Virus record (IMG/VR): IMGVR_UViG_3300037722_000191 | Span: 1-51,359 of that record | Length of the DNA stretch: 51,359 nucleotides | Reading direction: 5' to 3' (one strand) | Source of the DNA: a virus | Lineage: Duplodnaviria; Caudoviricetes | Shown here: positions 33,442 to 42,653 of the stretch, in pieces | How positions within the stretch are numbered: the stretch's first letter is position 1 | Layout of the letters: every line of letters starts with the position of its first letter | The notes under the pieces: model-generated | Database searches by the model: none | The model's input: the letters and a program-made list of their open reading frames with translations, nothing else | Told to the model about the DNA's origin: nothing | Program-made: the position numbers and the translations under genes

Positions 33442-33768
33442 ATGACGGTCACGGTCGAATCAAGCGGCACGCAAACCGCCGTCATCAACACCGAGCACAC
33501 GCTGGCCACGCCAACCACTGCGAAGGTGTTTTCGCTATCGGTCGACACCAACGCGATGGTGAACGGCGATGTGCTGGAGTTGCGCATCAATCTGAAAGTG
33601 CTCTCGGGCGGCACGGAGCGGCTGCTGTTTTACGCGGTGTTCTCCCACGTGCAATCCGAACCAATCAAATGCAGCGTGCCGGTGATTGCCCCGTTCGGCG
33701 CGACGTTCACGCTGAAACAGACCGCCGGGACCGGGCGTAATTTCGACTGGGCCGTACTGAGCCTGTAA
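33442..33768 (+). CDS. Virion structural protein
   Basis: GGAG SD; beta-rich. Confidence 0.65.
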   Translation: MTVTVESSGTQTAVINTEHTLATPTTAKVFSLSVDTNAMVNGDVLELRINLKVLSGGTERLLFYAVFSHVQSEPIKCSVPVIAPFGATFTLKQTAGTGRNFDWAVLSL

Positions 33769-33771
33769 GCG

Positions 33772-34497
33772 ATGAGCGGGTTACGTTTTACCGCGCTGTA
33801 TGTGCCTACGACGGCCGGCGCCGCTACCGGCACGCTCGCCGCGACCGAGACAGGTACAGACACCGCCAGCCTGACCGGCGGCGTCCTTGTCGCGGGCGCC
33901 CTGGCGGCAACCGAGAGCGGCGCCGATACGGCCGCACTTGCGGGCGCCGTGCTAGTCAGCGGCACCCTCGCCGCACAGGAAGCGGGCGCAGACACGGCGG
34001 CGATCACGGGTGCCGTACTCGCGTCCGGGGCGCTCGCTGCGACCGAAAGCGGAGTCGATTCCGCCGCCATGACGGGCGCGGTACTCGTGCAGGGTTCGCT
34101 CAGCGCGGCTGAAACGGGATCGGATACCGCCGCCATCGCGGGGGATGCCAGCAACGCCATATCCGGCGCGCTCGCTGCTGTGGAGTCCGGCGCGGACACC
34201 GCAGCCGCCACCGGCACGGTGCTGGTGCGCGGCGCGGCGGCGATCACCGAGACGGGCGCCGACACCGCCATCGTGGTCGGCGCGGTGTTCATCGACGGCG
34301 CGCTATCGGCCGCGGAGTCTGGCGCCGATACCGCCGCGATGTCCGGGCTGGTCATCACCTATTCCGCCGCCCGCACGCTGCGGATCGCGGCCGAAAACCG
34401 CGTTTATCTCGCCGCCGCGGAAAACCGCGTCTATCGATCGCCTGCCGAGAATCGGGTGATGCGCGTGAATGCACAAAACAGGACGCTCGCCGTATGA
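33772..34497 (+). CDS. Repeat-rich fibre-like protein
   Basis: About 8 repeats of about 22 aa (G.LAA.E.G.DTAA..G.VLV) plus C-terminal AENRV repeats. Confidence 0.75.
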   Translation: MSGLRFTALYVPTTAGAATGTLAATETGTDTASLTGGVLVAGALAATESGADTAALAGAVLVSGTLAAQEAGADTAAITGAVLASGALAATESGVDSAAMTGAVLVQGSLSAAETGSDTAAIAGDASNAISGALAAVESGADTAAATGTVLVRGAAAITETGADTAIVVGAVFIDGALSAAESGADTAAMSGLVITYSAARTLRIAAENRVYLAAAENRVYRSPAENRVMRVNAQNRTLAV

Positions 34498-34799
34498 CCA
34501 CTGAAACCTACACGATCAGCGCGAGCGGCAAGGCGTCGATCCCGAAAGACCCGAACGCGGTCCTTGACTACTCGGTGGATCTGACGGACTGGCTCGCCGG
34601 GATCACCGATACGCTCGCCTCGCATAGCGTGACGGGCGAGGGCGTGACGATCGACAGCAGCGCCATTGCCGGCGACAAGGTGGTCGCCTGGATCTCGGGC
34701 GGCACGGCCGGCGAAACCGCCACCGCCACGTTTCGTTTCACCACGGCCGGCGGACGCACCGATGACCGCACCATCTACCTGAAAATCAAGGACCACTGA
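34494..34799 (+). CDS. Fibre adaptor-like protein (KDP...LDY..D..WL family)
   Basis: KDPNAVLDYSVD.TDWL...W.SGG..G......TT..GR.D.RT. Confidence 0.75.
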   Translation: MTTETYTISASGKASIPKDPNAVLDYSVDLTDWLAGITDTLASHSVTGEGVTIDSSAIAGDKVVAWISGGTAGETATATFRFTTAGGRTDDRTIYLKIKDH

Positions 34800-35290
34800 T
34801 GGCGCTCACGGCAACCATCGGCAGCGCCTCGGCGGACAGTTACGTCACGCTCGCGGAAGCCGCGGCCTACCACGAGCGACGCGGCAACACGGCGTGGGAC
34901 GCGGCGGACAGCGAGGCGCAGGAATGGGCCGCCCGCAAGGCCACCGACTACCTCGACAGCCACTACGCCTGGCGCGGCGGACGGGTCGCCAGCACGCAGG
35001 CGCTGGACTGGCCGCGCGCCGGGGTCACGGTCGATGGCTACGCGGTGGCGACGACCGTGCTGCCGGCGGCGCTCAAGGCGGCCTGCTTTGAGCTCGCGCT
35101 CAAGGCGCTATCGGCGGAACTGCTCACCGATGCCGACGCGCAGTACGTCGAGTCGGTCACGGTCGGACCGATCACCCGCAAGTTGTCGCCGCGCGGCAAT
35201 GGCGGGCAGAAACGGTATGCGGCGGTCGATGCGCTGCTGCGGGATCTGGTGCGCGGCGGGAATAGCTCGATCGAAGTGGTGCGCGGATGA
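34799..35290 (+). CDS. Head-tail adaptor (DnaT-like ssDNA-binding annotation family)
   Basis: ADSYV..AEA.AY...RG...ATDY.D....G.....Q.L.WPR. Confidence 0.8.
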   Translation: MALTATIGSASADSYVTLAEAAAYHERRGNTAWDAADSEAQEWAARKATDYLDSHYAWRGGRVASTQALDWPRAGVTVDGYAVATTVLPAALKAACFELALKALSAELLTDADAQYVESVTVGPITRKLSPRGNGGQKRYAAVDALLRDLVRGGNSSIEVVRG

Positions 35291-35643
35291 CCCTCTACAC
35301 CGAACTGGCTGCCGTCGCCGACGAACTGATCGTCGAGTTCGGCCAAACCGTGACGGTGCGCCACCGCACGGCTGGCGCATATGACCCGGCGACCGGATCG
35401 GCGGCGGTGGCGGCGACGGACGAGATCGGTAGCGGCGCGGTGTTCGACTACGCGACCAAGCAGATCGACGGCTCGATGATCCAGCGCGGCGACAAGTACG
35501 TACTGCTGTCACCGGCCGGCGTCACCGCCCCCGAGCCAGACGACCGCATCCTGGTCGGCGCGACCGAATACGGCGTGGTGAGCGTCAACACGACGGCGCC
35601 GGCCGGAACCGCGGTGCTGCATACCGTGCAGATCAGGCGCTGA
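35287..35643 (+). CDS. Head closure protein
   Basis: Y..LA..A..LI..FG......YDP.TG....IDG..I..GD. Confidence 0.75.
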   Translation: MTLYTELAAVADELIVEFGQTVTVRHRTAGAYDPATGSAAVAATDEIGSGAVFDYATKQIDGSMIQRGDKYVLLSPAGVTAPEPDDRILVGATEYGVVSVNTTAPAGTAVLHTVQIRR

Positions 35644-35644
35644 C

Positions 35645-36034
35645 ATGGCCGGCAAATTCTCGCTGGACCTGTCGCGGCTCATCGCCAAGGCGAACGGGCA
35701 GGCCGATACGGTGGCGCGCAAGATCATGCTGGAAACTTTCCGCAGTGCGGTGATGAAATCGCCCGTCGATACCGGCAGATTTCGCGCGAACTGGGTCATG
35801 GGCTACGGCGCACCGAACACTGCGACCAGCGACGCGACCGACAAGAGCGGCGGCGGGACGATCGGGCGCATTGCATCGGCCGTCGCGACGACCAGGCTCA
35901 CGGAGGGCGCCTCCATCTTCTGCACGAACAGCCTGCCGTACGCGCTCAAGCTCGAGCACGGCAGCAGCAAGCAGTCGCCGAACGGCATGGTGCGGCTCAC
36001 CCTCACCGAAATTTCCTCCAGGTATGGCGCATGA
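35645..36034 (+). CDS. HK97 gp10-like neck protein
   Basis: SPVDTGRFRANW...N.LPYA..LE.G.S.Q.P.GMV. Confidence 0.85.
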   Translation: MAGKFSLDLSRLIAKANGQADTVARKIMLETFRSAVMKSPVDTGRFRANWVMGYGAPNTATSDATDKSGGGTIGRIASAVATTRLTEGASIFCTNSLPYALKLEHGSSKQSPNGMVRLTLTEISSRYGA

Positions 36035-36444
36035 GTCAGAACTTGATCCGCACCGCCTACGAATCGCGCCTCGCGACGTGGGCGGCGGCGCACTCGCCGG
36101 TGCTGACGATCGCGTACCAGAACGCCGCCTTCACGCCCCCCGCGGCAACGCATTTGCGCTGTTTCTTGCTGCCAGCCGCCACCGGTAGCGATGACCTGAA
36201 AGGCGACCACCGGCAATACCTCGGCGTCTTCCAGGTGTCGATCGTCGTGCCGGACGGGGCCGGGCCTGCCGCCGCTGAAACGATCATCGGCGAACTGAAC
36301 ACGCTATTCCCTGTGAATCTGCGCCTCACCTCGGGCGCGATCACCGTCACCCAAACAAGCCCCGTGTCTGCCGGCCCCGGTCAGAACGAGCCGGGTCTGT
36401 ACGTCGTGCCCGTAAGTTTCAGGTACCTGTCCGACGTGATCTAG
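36031..36444 (+). CDS. Tail terminator
   Basis: A.QN..F.PP....LR...LPA.T....G.FQVSI..P.G.G. Confidence 0.8.
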   Translation: MSQNLIRTAYESRLATWAAAHSPVLTIAYQNAAFTPPAATHLRCFLLPAATGSDDLKGDHRQYLGVFQVSIVVPDGAGPAAAETIIGELNTLFPVNLRLTSGAITVTQTSPVSAGPGQNEPGLYVVPVSFRYLSDVI

Positions 36445-36471
36445 CACCACACCGCTGCCGCAACTGACCAC

Positions 36472-36494
36472 AAGCCGCCTTGAGCGGCTTTTTT
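36472..36494 (+). terminator. Intrinsic terminator
   Basis: AAGCCGC-CTTGA-GCGGCTT-TTTT. Confidence 0.75.
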
Positions 36495-36513
36495 CATTTC
36501 AGGAGATACACAA

Positions 36514-37164
36514 ATGGCATTGACTCTGCCGAACGGTTCGCAAATCGCCATCGCCAGTACCTACGGCGCCTCGAAGACCATGTCCGCCATCACCAACGCA
36601 GACCCCGGCGTCGCCACCCTGGCGACCGGGCACAGCGTCATCGTCAATGACATCCTGGAAGTGACCTCCGGATGGGAAGACCTCGAAGGGCGCATCGTGC
36701 GCGCCTCGGTGGTCGCCACCGACGACATCACCTTCGAAGGCATCGACACGAGCTCGACCACCATCTACCCGGCTGGCTCCGGCACCGGTTCCGTGCGCGA
36801 AATCACCGCCTGGACCAACGTTACACAGATCCTCAACACGCAAGGGTCGGCCGGCGAGCAGCAGTATTTCGAGTATCAACTGCTCTCCGCGCGCCGCCAG
36901 GGTCGCATCCCGACCGTGCGCGGGGCGTCCTCGCTGGAGTTGTCCCTGGCGGACGACACGTCGCAATCGTGGTATGCGGTCGTCAAGGCCGCCTCCGACA
37001 CCAATACCCCGACCGCCATGCGCGTGACGCTCCCGAACGGCGCCAAGATTTACTACAACGGCTACTGGTCGCTGTCGGACGTGCCGGAGATGACGGTCAA
37101 CCAGGCGATGACGCTCGCCTGCTCGTTCTCGCTGTCGGGCCTGATGACCCGTTACGCATCCTGA
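36514..37164 (+). CDS. Major tail (tube) protein
   Basis: LPNGS...IA..YG.....SAITNA.P.VAT...SGW..L; AGGAG SD. Confidence 0.9.
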   Translation: MALTLPNGSQIAIASTYGASKTMSAITNADPGVATLATGHSVIVNDILEVTSGWEDLEGRIVRASVVATDDITFEGIDTSSTTIYPAGSGTGSVREITAWTNVTQILNTQGSAGEQQYFEYQLLSARRQGRIPTVRGASSLELSLADDTSQSWYAVVKAASDTNTPTAMRVTLPNGAKIYYNGYWSLSDVPEMTVNQAMTLACSFSLSGLMTRYAS

Positions 37165-37166
37165 TC

Positions 37167-37481
37167 ATGTTCAAGATCAGTCCGCCGCAGACGTTCAAGG
37201 CGACGGTCAAGATCCCCTCCCCGGGCGGGGAGGTTCTTGACCTGTGCGTCCTCTACAAGCACCGCACGCGCGACCAGTTGAAAGTCTTCTGGGAAGACGC
37301 GACCGCCGGCAAGCAGGACGACTTGCACGCGACCCTCGACATGATCGCGGGGTGGGAGGGCGTCGATGCGGAATTTTCCGAAGCGGCGCTCGCCGACCTG
37401 CTGCAGAACTACCACGGCGCCGCCGCCGCGCTGTTCTCGGCCTACATCCAGGAACTGACGCAGGCCCGCCTGGGAAACTGA
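37167..37481 (+). CDS. Tail assembly chaperone (gpG-like)
   Basis: F.A.V.IP.PG...GW....FS......L..NY; ends G-GGA-AAC-TGA. Confidence 0.85.
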   Translation: MFKISPPQTFKATVKIPSPGGEVLDLCVLYKHRTRDQLKVFWEDATAGKQDDLHATLDMIAGWEGVDAEFSEAALADLLQNYHGAAAALFSAYIQELTQARLGN

Positions 37482-37801
37482 GGGCCGCCGCCCGTGCCTT
37501 GTACGCGAAGCAGCCGAGCGACGATGAGTTGCGGTCGTTCGGTCTCACGCGTGAAGACATCGAGACGGCGGTGGAGGTCTGGCCGGAAAACTGGCCGGCA
37601 GTCCATCTCTTCGCAGCCCTCGGGACGCAGTGGCGCATCGCCCATTGCGGGCGCACCGGGCTCGACTACAACGCCCTGCCGGTGGTGATGCGCCTGCAGC
37701 AGATTCCCCGCGCGCACTGGCCGGATCTCTTCGACGCGATCCGGACCATGGAAGACGCGGCGCTCACCGAAATGCACAAGGACGACACGAATGGCCAATG
37801 A
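37472..37801 (+). CDS. gpT-like extension reached by -1 frameshift
   Basis: Slippery GGGAAAC at 37472-37478; -1 frame VWPENW.AV.LF....TQWR......GLDY. Confidence 0.85.
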   Translation, partial: GKLRAAARALYAKQPSDDELRSFGLTREDIETAVEVWPENWPAVHLFAALGTQWRIAHCGRTGLDYNALPVVMRLQQIPRAHWPDLFDAIRTMEDAALTEMHKDDTNGQ

Positions 37802-40781
37802 GATCGCCACGCTCGGGATCGAGGTCCGATCCCATGGCGTGCAGCGGGCCGCGACGGACCTGCAGCGGCTCGATGCCGCCGGTGCGCGCGCAGAAGCCTC
37901 GACGGCGAGCCTGGCGCGCCACTTCACGGCGCTTGGCGCGACCATCGCCGGGCTCGGCATCACCGCCGTCGCCGGTCAGATGCTGCGCGCGGCCGACGAG
38001 ATGCAGAACATCGAGGCGCGCATCCGGCTCGTCACCGCCTCCAGCGCCGAACTGGCGATGGTGCAGGGCGAACTGTTCCGGGCGTCGCAGGCGTCACAGA
38101 CGAGCTTTCGCGCGAACGCCGAGCTTTACACGAGCATGGCGCGCGCGACCGATGGCCTCGGGGTGTCGCAACAGCGCCTGCTTGCACTGACGGACGGTAT
38201 CGGGAAAGCGCTCATCGTGTCCGGCGCCTCCGCGGCCGCCTCGGCTGGCGCGCTTACGCAGTTCTCCCAGGCGCTGCAATCCGGGACGCTGCGCGGCGAC
38301 GAGTTCAACTCGATGAGCGAGGGGGCCCCGCGGCTGATGAAGGCGCTCGCGGACGGCATGGGCGTGGCGCGCGGCGAACTCCGTGCATGGGCGGAAGCTG
38401 GCAAGCTCACGACCGATATCGTCCTGCCGGCGCTGGAAAAAGGGTTGAAGTCGGTCGATGCCGAGTTCGCGCAGATGCCGCCGACCATCAGTCGGGCATC
38501 GACCGCCATTGGCAACGCGTTCGACAAGCTCGCCTCCGACGCTAACAGGGCGACCGGCATCACCGCGACCGTCGCGGGCGGCATGACGGCGCTGGCGAAC
38601 AACCTCGACGCCGTGGCGAATGTGCTCGGGGTCGGGGTCGCCGCAGCGATCGGGAAATACGTCGCGGCGATGGGGCAAGGGGTCGCTGCCACGGTGGCGA
38701 ACATCGCGGCGCAGCGCGCATCGCTCGCAGCAGCCGCGCAGTCCGAAGCGGCCGAGGTGCGCCGCGCGGCCGTCAATAAGGCGGCGGCCGTCTCCGAGAT
38801 GGAGAAGGCGCGCGCGGCGGTCGCGGCGGCGCATCTGGAAATCGCCGCCGACCGCGAGCGGCTCGCCTCGACGGCGCTCATCATCCGCGCCGAGATCGAG
38901 CAGGAAAAGACCCGTCTCGCGGCGCAGATCAGCGACACCGGACGCGCGGCACGGCTGCGGGTGCTCGCCGACCTGTCGCGGCAACTGTCGGCGACCGAAT
39001 TGGCGGCGGCCGGCGTGGGCGCAAAGCTCACCGCCGTGCGCGAGGCGCAGACGGTCGCAACCAGTGCTGCGGCGGCAGCTACCGCGCGACTCACGGCCGC
39101 GACGGCCACATCGACGGCCGCCTCGACTGCCGCAGCGGGCGCAGCGGGCCTGGCGCGGGGCGCCCTGGCGCTCCTGGGTGGGCCGATCGGCATCGCCACC
39201 ACGGCGCTACTCGTCGGCGGCGCGGCGTGGCTCTCGTGGCGCGACAAGGCCGACCAAGCAACCGCTGCGGCAGAAAACGAATTCTCACAGCGCATTGACC
39301 GCATGGTGCAAAAGCTCGACACGCTCAATGCGGGGCTTGCAAGTACGTCGCGCATGTCGTTCGAGCGCACGTTAGAAAACAGCGAGAAAGAGCTAAGTGC
39401 GCTGCGCGCCAAGCTCAAGCCGCTGCAGGACGAGCAGGCCGGGCTTGTCGGGGCGTCACGGTACGGTGTGCGCGGCAGGCAGCTACAGAACGAGATTGCG
39501 CCGCTACTCAATGCAGAGGTTGACCTGCAAAAGCGCGTCGCAGAGGCGCGGGCGAATGCCGCACAAGTCGGGGCGGCCGCGCTGGATAACTACATTTCCC
39601 GATACGCCACCGGCGAACAGAGGCTAGCAAAGTCGCGTGAGGAAATCACGCAAGGGTTCCTCAAGGTCATCCAGCAGACCAGCCTGGACGGTGCGTTTGA
39701 CGCGGCGAACGCCTCGCACGTCGCGGCGCTGCGCCAATACAAGGCGGCGCTGGCCGAACTCGAAAAGAAAAACGAGCCGGCCAAGACGCGCACGCCGAAA
39801 GGTCCGCGAGAAGACCTGAACGCCGGCTTTGACGTGAATGCCGCGCAAGCCTACGGGCGCGCAGTGGAATCGATTGCGCGCACGAACATCGAAGCGGGCC
39901 GCAGCACGCTCGACCTGAATGCCGCGCAGGCGACGCTCTACGACCTGATGCGCTCGCCCGAGTGGGCGCGCATGCCCGAGCCGTGGCAACAGGTCGCCAT
40001 TGCGCAGGCCGCCTCCGCGAGCGCGGCGATTCACGCCGCGACCGAGCAGAAGCGCCTGAACGACCCGATCGCGGCCACCCCGACCGCGCAACTCGAAGCG
40101 CAGCGCCAGACGATGCAGTTCCTGGCGGACGCCTTCAAGGACGGCAGCATCAGTGCCGAGCAGTTCGGCGAAGCCGCCTCGACCGCGCTGGGCAACATCG
40201 CGCCGGAGGCCAAAAAGGCCACCGACATGATGGAGGAATTCACCAAGCAGGCCGCGCGCAACATGCAGGACGCCTTCGCCGACTTCCTCTTCGACCCGTT
40301 CGCGAATGGCCTCGACGGCATGCTCGCGGGGTTCGGGAAAATGTTGCAGCGAATGATCGCGGAAGCGGTCGCCGCCGATCTCGCCAACCGCATCATGGGG
40401 CCGAGCAAAAACGGCAAGGGCGGCTGGCTTGATCTCGCCTTTACCGCGGCCGGCGCCTATTTCGGCGGCGGCGCCTCGGCGGGCGCCACGAGCCCCGCGA
40501 ACGTCTCGCGCGGTGGCAGCTTCACCCCGTCGTTCGACGGGGGCGGCTTCACCGGTAGCGGCCCACGTATCGGCGGGGTTGATGGCAAGGGTGGCTTCAA
40601 CGCCATCCTGCACCCCAACGAGCGCGTGGTCGATTTCACCAAAGGCCAGCGCGCGGGCAGTCCGCCCATCAACATCGTCGTCAATGTCGCCAGCGGCACG
40701 CCGGCCGAGGTCAAGCGGGCGGCCGGGGCCGGGGCGCGTGAAGCGGTCGGCGCATTCAGCCGCGCACAGAGGTACGCATGA
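37791..40781 (+). CDS. Tape measure protein
   Basis: 996 aa Ala-rich helical; QF.QAL.SG.LRGDEFNS..E.AP; C-terminal FDGGGFTG...HPNE.V. Confidence 0.93.
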   Translation: MANEIATLGIEVRSHGVQRAATDLQRLDAAGARAEASTASLARHFTALGATIAGLGITAVAGQMLRAADEMQNIEARIRLVTASSAELAMVQGELFRASQASQTSFRANAELYTSMARATDGLGVSQQRLLALTDGIGKALIVSGASAAASAGALTQFSQALQSGTLRGDEFNSMSEGAPRLMKALADGMGVARGELRAWAEAGKLTTDIVLPALEKGLKSVDAEFAQMPPTISRASTAIGNAFDKLASDANRATGITATVAGGMTALANNLDAVANVLGVGVAAAIGKYVAAMGQGVAATVANIAAQRASLAAAAQSEAAEVRRAAVNKAAAVSEMEKARAAVAAAHLEIAADRERLASTALIIRAEIEQEKTRLAAQISDTGRAARLRVLADLSRQLSATELAAAGVGAKLTAVREAQTVATSAAAAATARLTAATATSTAASTAAAGAAGLARGALALLGGPIGIATTALLVGGAAWLSWRDKADQATAAAENEFSQRIDRMVQKLDTLNAGLASTSRMSFERTLENSEKELSALRAKLKPLQDEQAGLVGASRYGVRGRQLQNEIAPLLNAEVDLQKRVAEARANAAQVGAAALDNYISRYATGEQRLAKSREEITQGFLKVIQQTSLDGAFDAANASHVAALRQYKAALAELEKKNEPAKTRTPKGPREDLNAGFDVNAAQAYGRAVESIARTNIEAGRSTLDLNAAQATLYDLMRSPEWARMPEPWQQVAIAQAASASAAIHAATEQKRLNDPIAATPTAQLEAQRQTMQFLADAFKDGSISAEQFGEAASTALGNIAPEAKKATDMMEEFTKQAARNMQDAFADFLFDPFANGLDGMLAGFGKMLQRMIAEAVAADLANRIMGPSKNGKGGWLDLAFTAAGAYFGGGASAGATSPANVSRGGSFTPSFDGGGFTGSGPRIGGVDGKGGFNAILHPNERVVDFTKGQRAGSPPINIVVNVASGTPAEVKRAAGAGAREAVGAFSRAQRYA

Positions 40782-41419
40782 GCGCATTTCTCGAAGAACG
40801 CCTCCCGGTGAATATCCGGATCGGCGCGTCCTATGCCGACGACTACAACGTCGAGGTGACGCGCACTGCGGGCGGCAAGGAATACCGCCGCCTGGTGCAC
40901 GGCATCCCGCTGCGCCGTTTCCGGGTGTCGTTCGCGCGCGCCAAGGCGACGCTGTTCACCGAGATCCAGGCGCTCTACCACCGGACCTATGGGCGCTTCG
41001 CTGGGTTCCGCGTGAAGGCGTTCGACGACTACACCACCAACGGCATGACGAGCGCCCCCACGGCGGTCGATCAGGTCCTGCTGCGCGTGTCTGCCGGGGT
41101 GTATCAGCTGCGCAAGGAATACGGGGTGGGCGCCGCCGGGGTGTCCGGCATCGGGCGCCCCTATCGAACCCTCTTCAAGCCGGTTGCGGGCACCACGCGA
41201 GTGGCGGCGGACGGCATTGAGCTCATGTCCGGGGTAGCGGTGGATACCACCACGGGGCTGGTGACGCTCACCCCCGATCCGGGCGAGGGCGCGGTCGTGA
41301 CGGGCGGCTGCGAGTTCGATATCCCGTGCCGGTTTGATTCCGCCCTCGACGTGACGCCGGTCTCTACGACCTGGGCCGAAACGGCCGACATCGACATCGT
41401 GGAGCTCATCGACCTATGA
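40778..41419 (+). CDS. Distal tail protein (DUF2460-like)
   Basis: F.EERLP...G.E.R...GFR.K...D...FD.P.RF. Confidence 0.85.
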   Translation: MSAFLEERLPVNIRIGASYADDYNVEVTRTAGGKEYRRLVHGIPLRRFRVSFARAKATLFTEIQALYHRTYGRFAGFRVKAFDDYTTNGMTSAPTAVDQVLLRVSAGVYQLRKEYGVGAAGVSGIGRPYRTLFKPVAGTTRVAADGIELMSGVAVDTTTGLVTLTPDPGEGAVVTGGCEFDIPCRFDSALDVTPVSTTWAETADIDIVELIDL

Positions 41420-42249
41420 AGTCCACCGTCGCCGACTACCGCTACCGCGTGATGTGCCTGCGCATCGTGCCCGTGCTCGGGGCCGCCATTCGCCTGACGC
41501 ACCACCCGCGCGATCTCACCATGAGCAACGGGCAGATTTACAAGGCGTTTTCCGGGCACGACTTCACCGGCTACAGCGCCGGGGCGGGACTGTCGCCCTC
41601 CATGATCGACCTCGAAGGCGTCGTGGGGCTGGTCGGGATCACCCGCGCGGCGGTGCAGTCCGGCGTCTATGACGGCGCGCGCTGCTACCTGTACGCCACC
41701 ACCTGGGCCGCGCCGATCGAGGACGAGGAACCGGTCGTCGCCTCGATTCTCGGGCGCACCACGCTGATCGACGACCGCTTCCGCATCGAGGAAATGGCGC
41801 TGGTCGATGCGCTCAATCAGTCGGTCGGGGATACCTATTCGCCTGCCTGCAAAAAGGTGTTCGGCGGGCAGGAATACGCCGGCTGCAAGGTCGAGCTGGC
41901 CCCCCTCACCGTGACCGGCACACTAACCGGCGTCACGAGCGCCACCATGTTTCAGGATTCGACCAGAACTGAGGCGGCCGACCACTTCGCGGCCGGCACG
42001 ATCCGCTTCACGGCCGGGCCGAACGCCGGGCTGAGCCCCATCGAGGTGAAACGCTACGAGGCGGACGGCACGATTGAGATCTTCGAACCGTTCTACTACG
42101 CCGTCACCGCGGCCGATGCCTACGAGATCGTCCCGGGTTGCCGCAAGCGACTGGAAGACTGCCGCGACAAGTGGAGCAACGTGCTCAATTTCGGCGGCTT
42201 CTCGTTCGTGCCGACCGGCTCGACCTATGGCCAGGTGGGCACCAAATGA
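41416..42249 (+). CDS. Baseplate hub protein (BR0599/DUF2163-like)
   Basis: Cys motifs ...PGC.K....C..K..N..NFGGF..VP. Confidence 0.85.
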   Translation: MKSTVADYRYRVMCLRIVPVLGAAIRLTHHPRDLTMSNGQIYKAFSGHDFTGYSAGAGLSPSMIDLEGVVGLVGITRAAVQSGVYDGARCYLYATTWAAPIEDEEPVVASILGRTTLIDDRFRIEEMALVDALNQSVGDTYSPACKKVFGGQEYAGCKVELAPLTVTGTLTGVTSATMFQDSTRTEAADHFAAGTIRFTAGPNAGLSPIEVKRYEADGTIEIFEPFYYAVTAADAYEIVPGCRKRLEDCRDKWSNVLNFGGFSFVPTGSTYGQVGTK

Positions 42250-42653
42250 ACGTGGACATCATCCTCGCGGCGGCCCGGGCGTGTGTCGAGACCCCGTTTC
42301 GGCATCAAGGGCGACTGGTGGGCCTCGGCCTCGACTGCGCCGGGGTCATCGACCATGTCGCGCGCCGGCTCGGGCACGACCACACGGCCCCGACAAATTA
42401 CCCGAGGCTGCCGTATCAAGGGTTGCTGGAAGCCACTCTGGACGAACAGCCCTGCCTGGAGCGCGTCACGGACCTACGGCCCGGCGATGTGCTGCTGATG
42501 CGCTTTGGCAGAGAGCCGCAACATCTTGCGATCTATGCCGGGGCCACGATCATTCACGCGTATGAGGCCGCCGGAAAATGCTGCGAGCATGATTACACGG
42601 CCGAGTGGCAGCGGCGCACGGTGCGGATCTACCGCTTCAAGGATCACGTATGA
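42246..42653 (+). CDS. NlpC/P60 tail-associated peptidase
   Basis: TPF.HQGR..G.GLDCAG...PGDVLL.RF...PQHLAI. Confidence 0.88.
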   Translation: MNVDIILAAARACVETPFRHQGRLVGLGLDCAGVIDHVARRLGHDHTAPTNYPRLPYQGLLEATLDEQPCLERVTDLRPGDVLLMRFGREPQHLAIYAGATIIHAYEAAGKCCEHDYTAEWQRRTVRIYRFKDHV

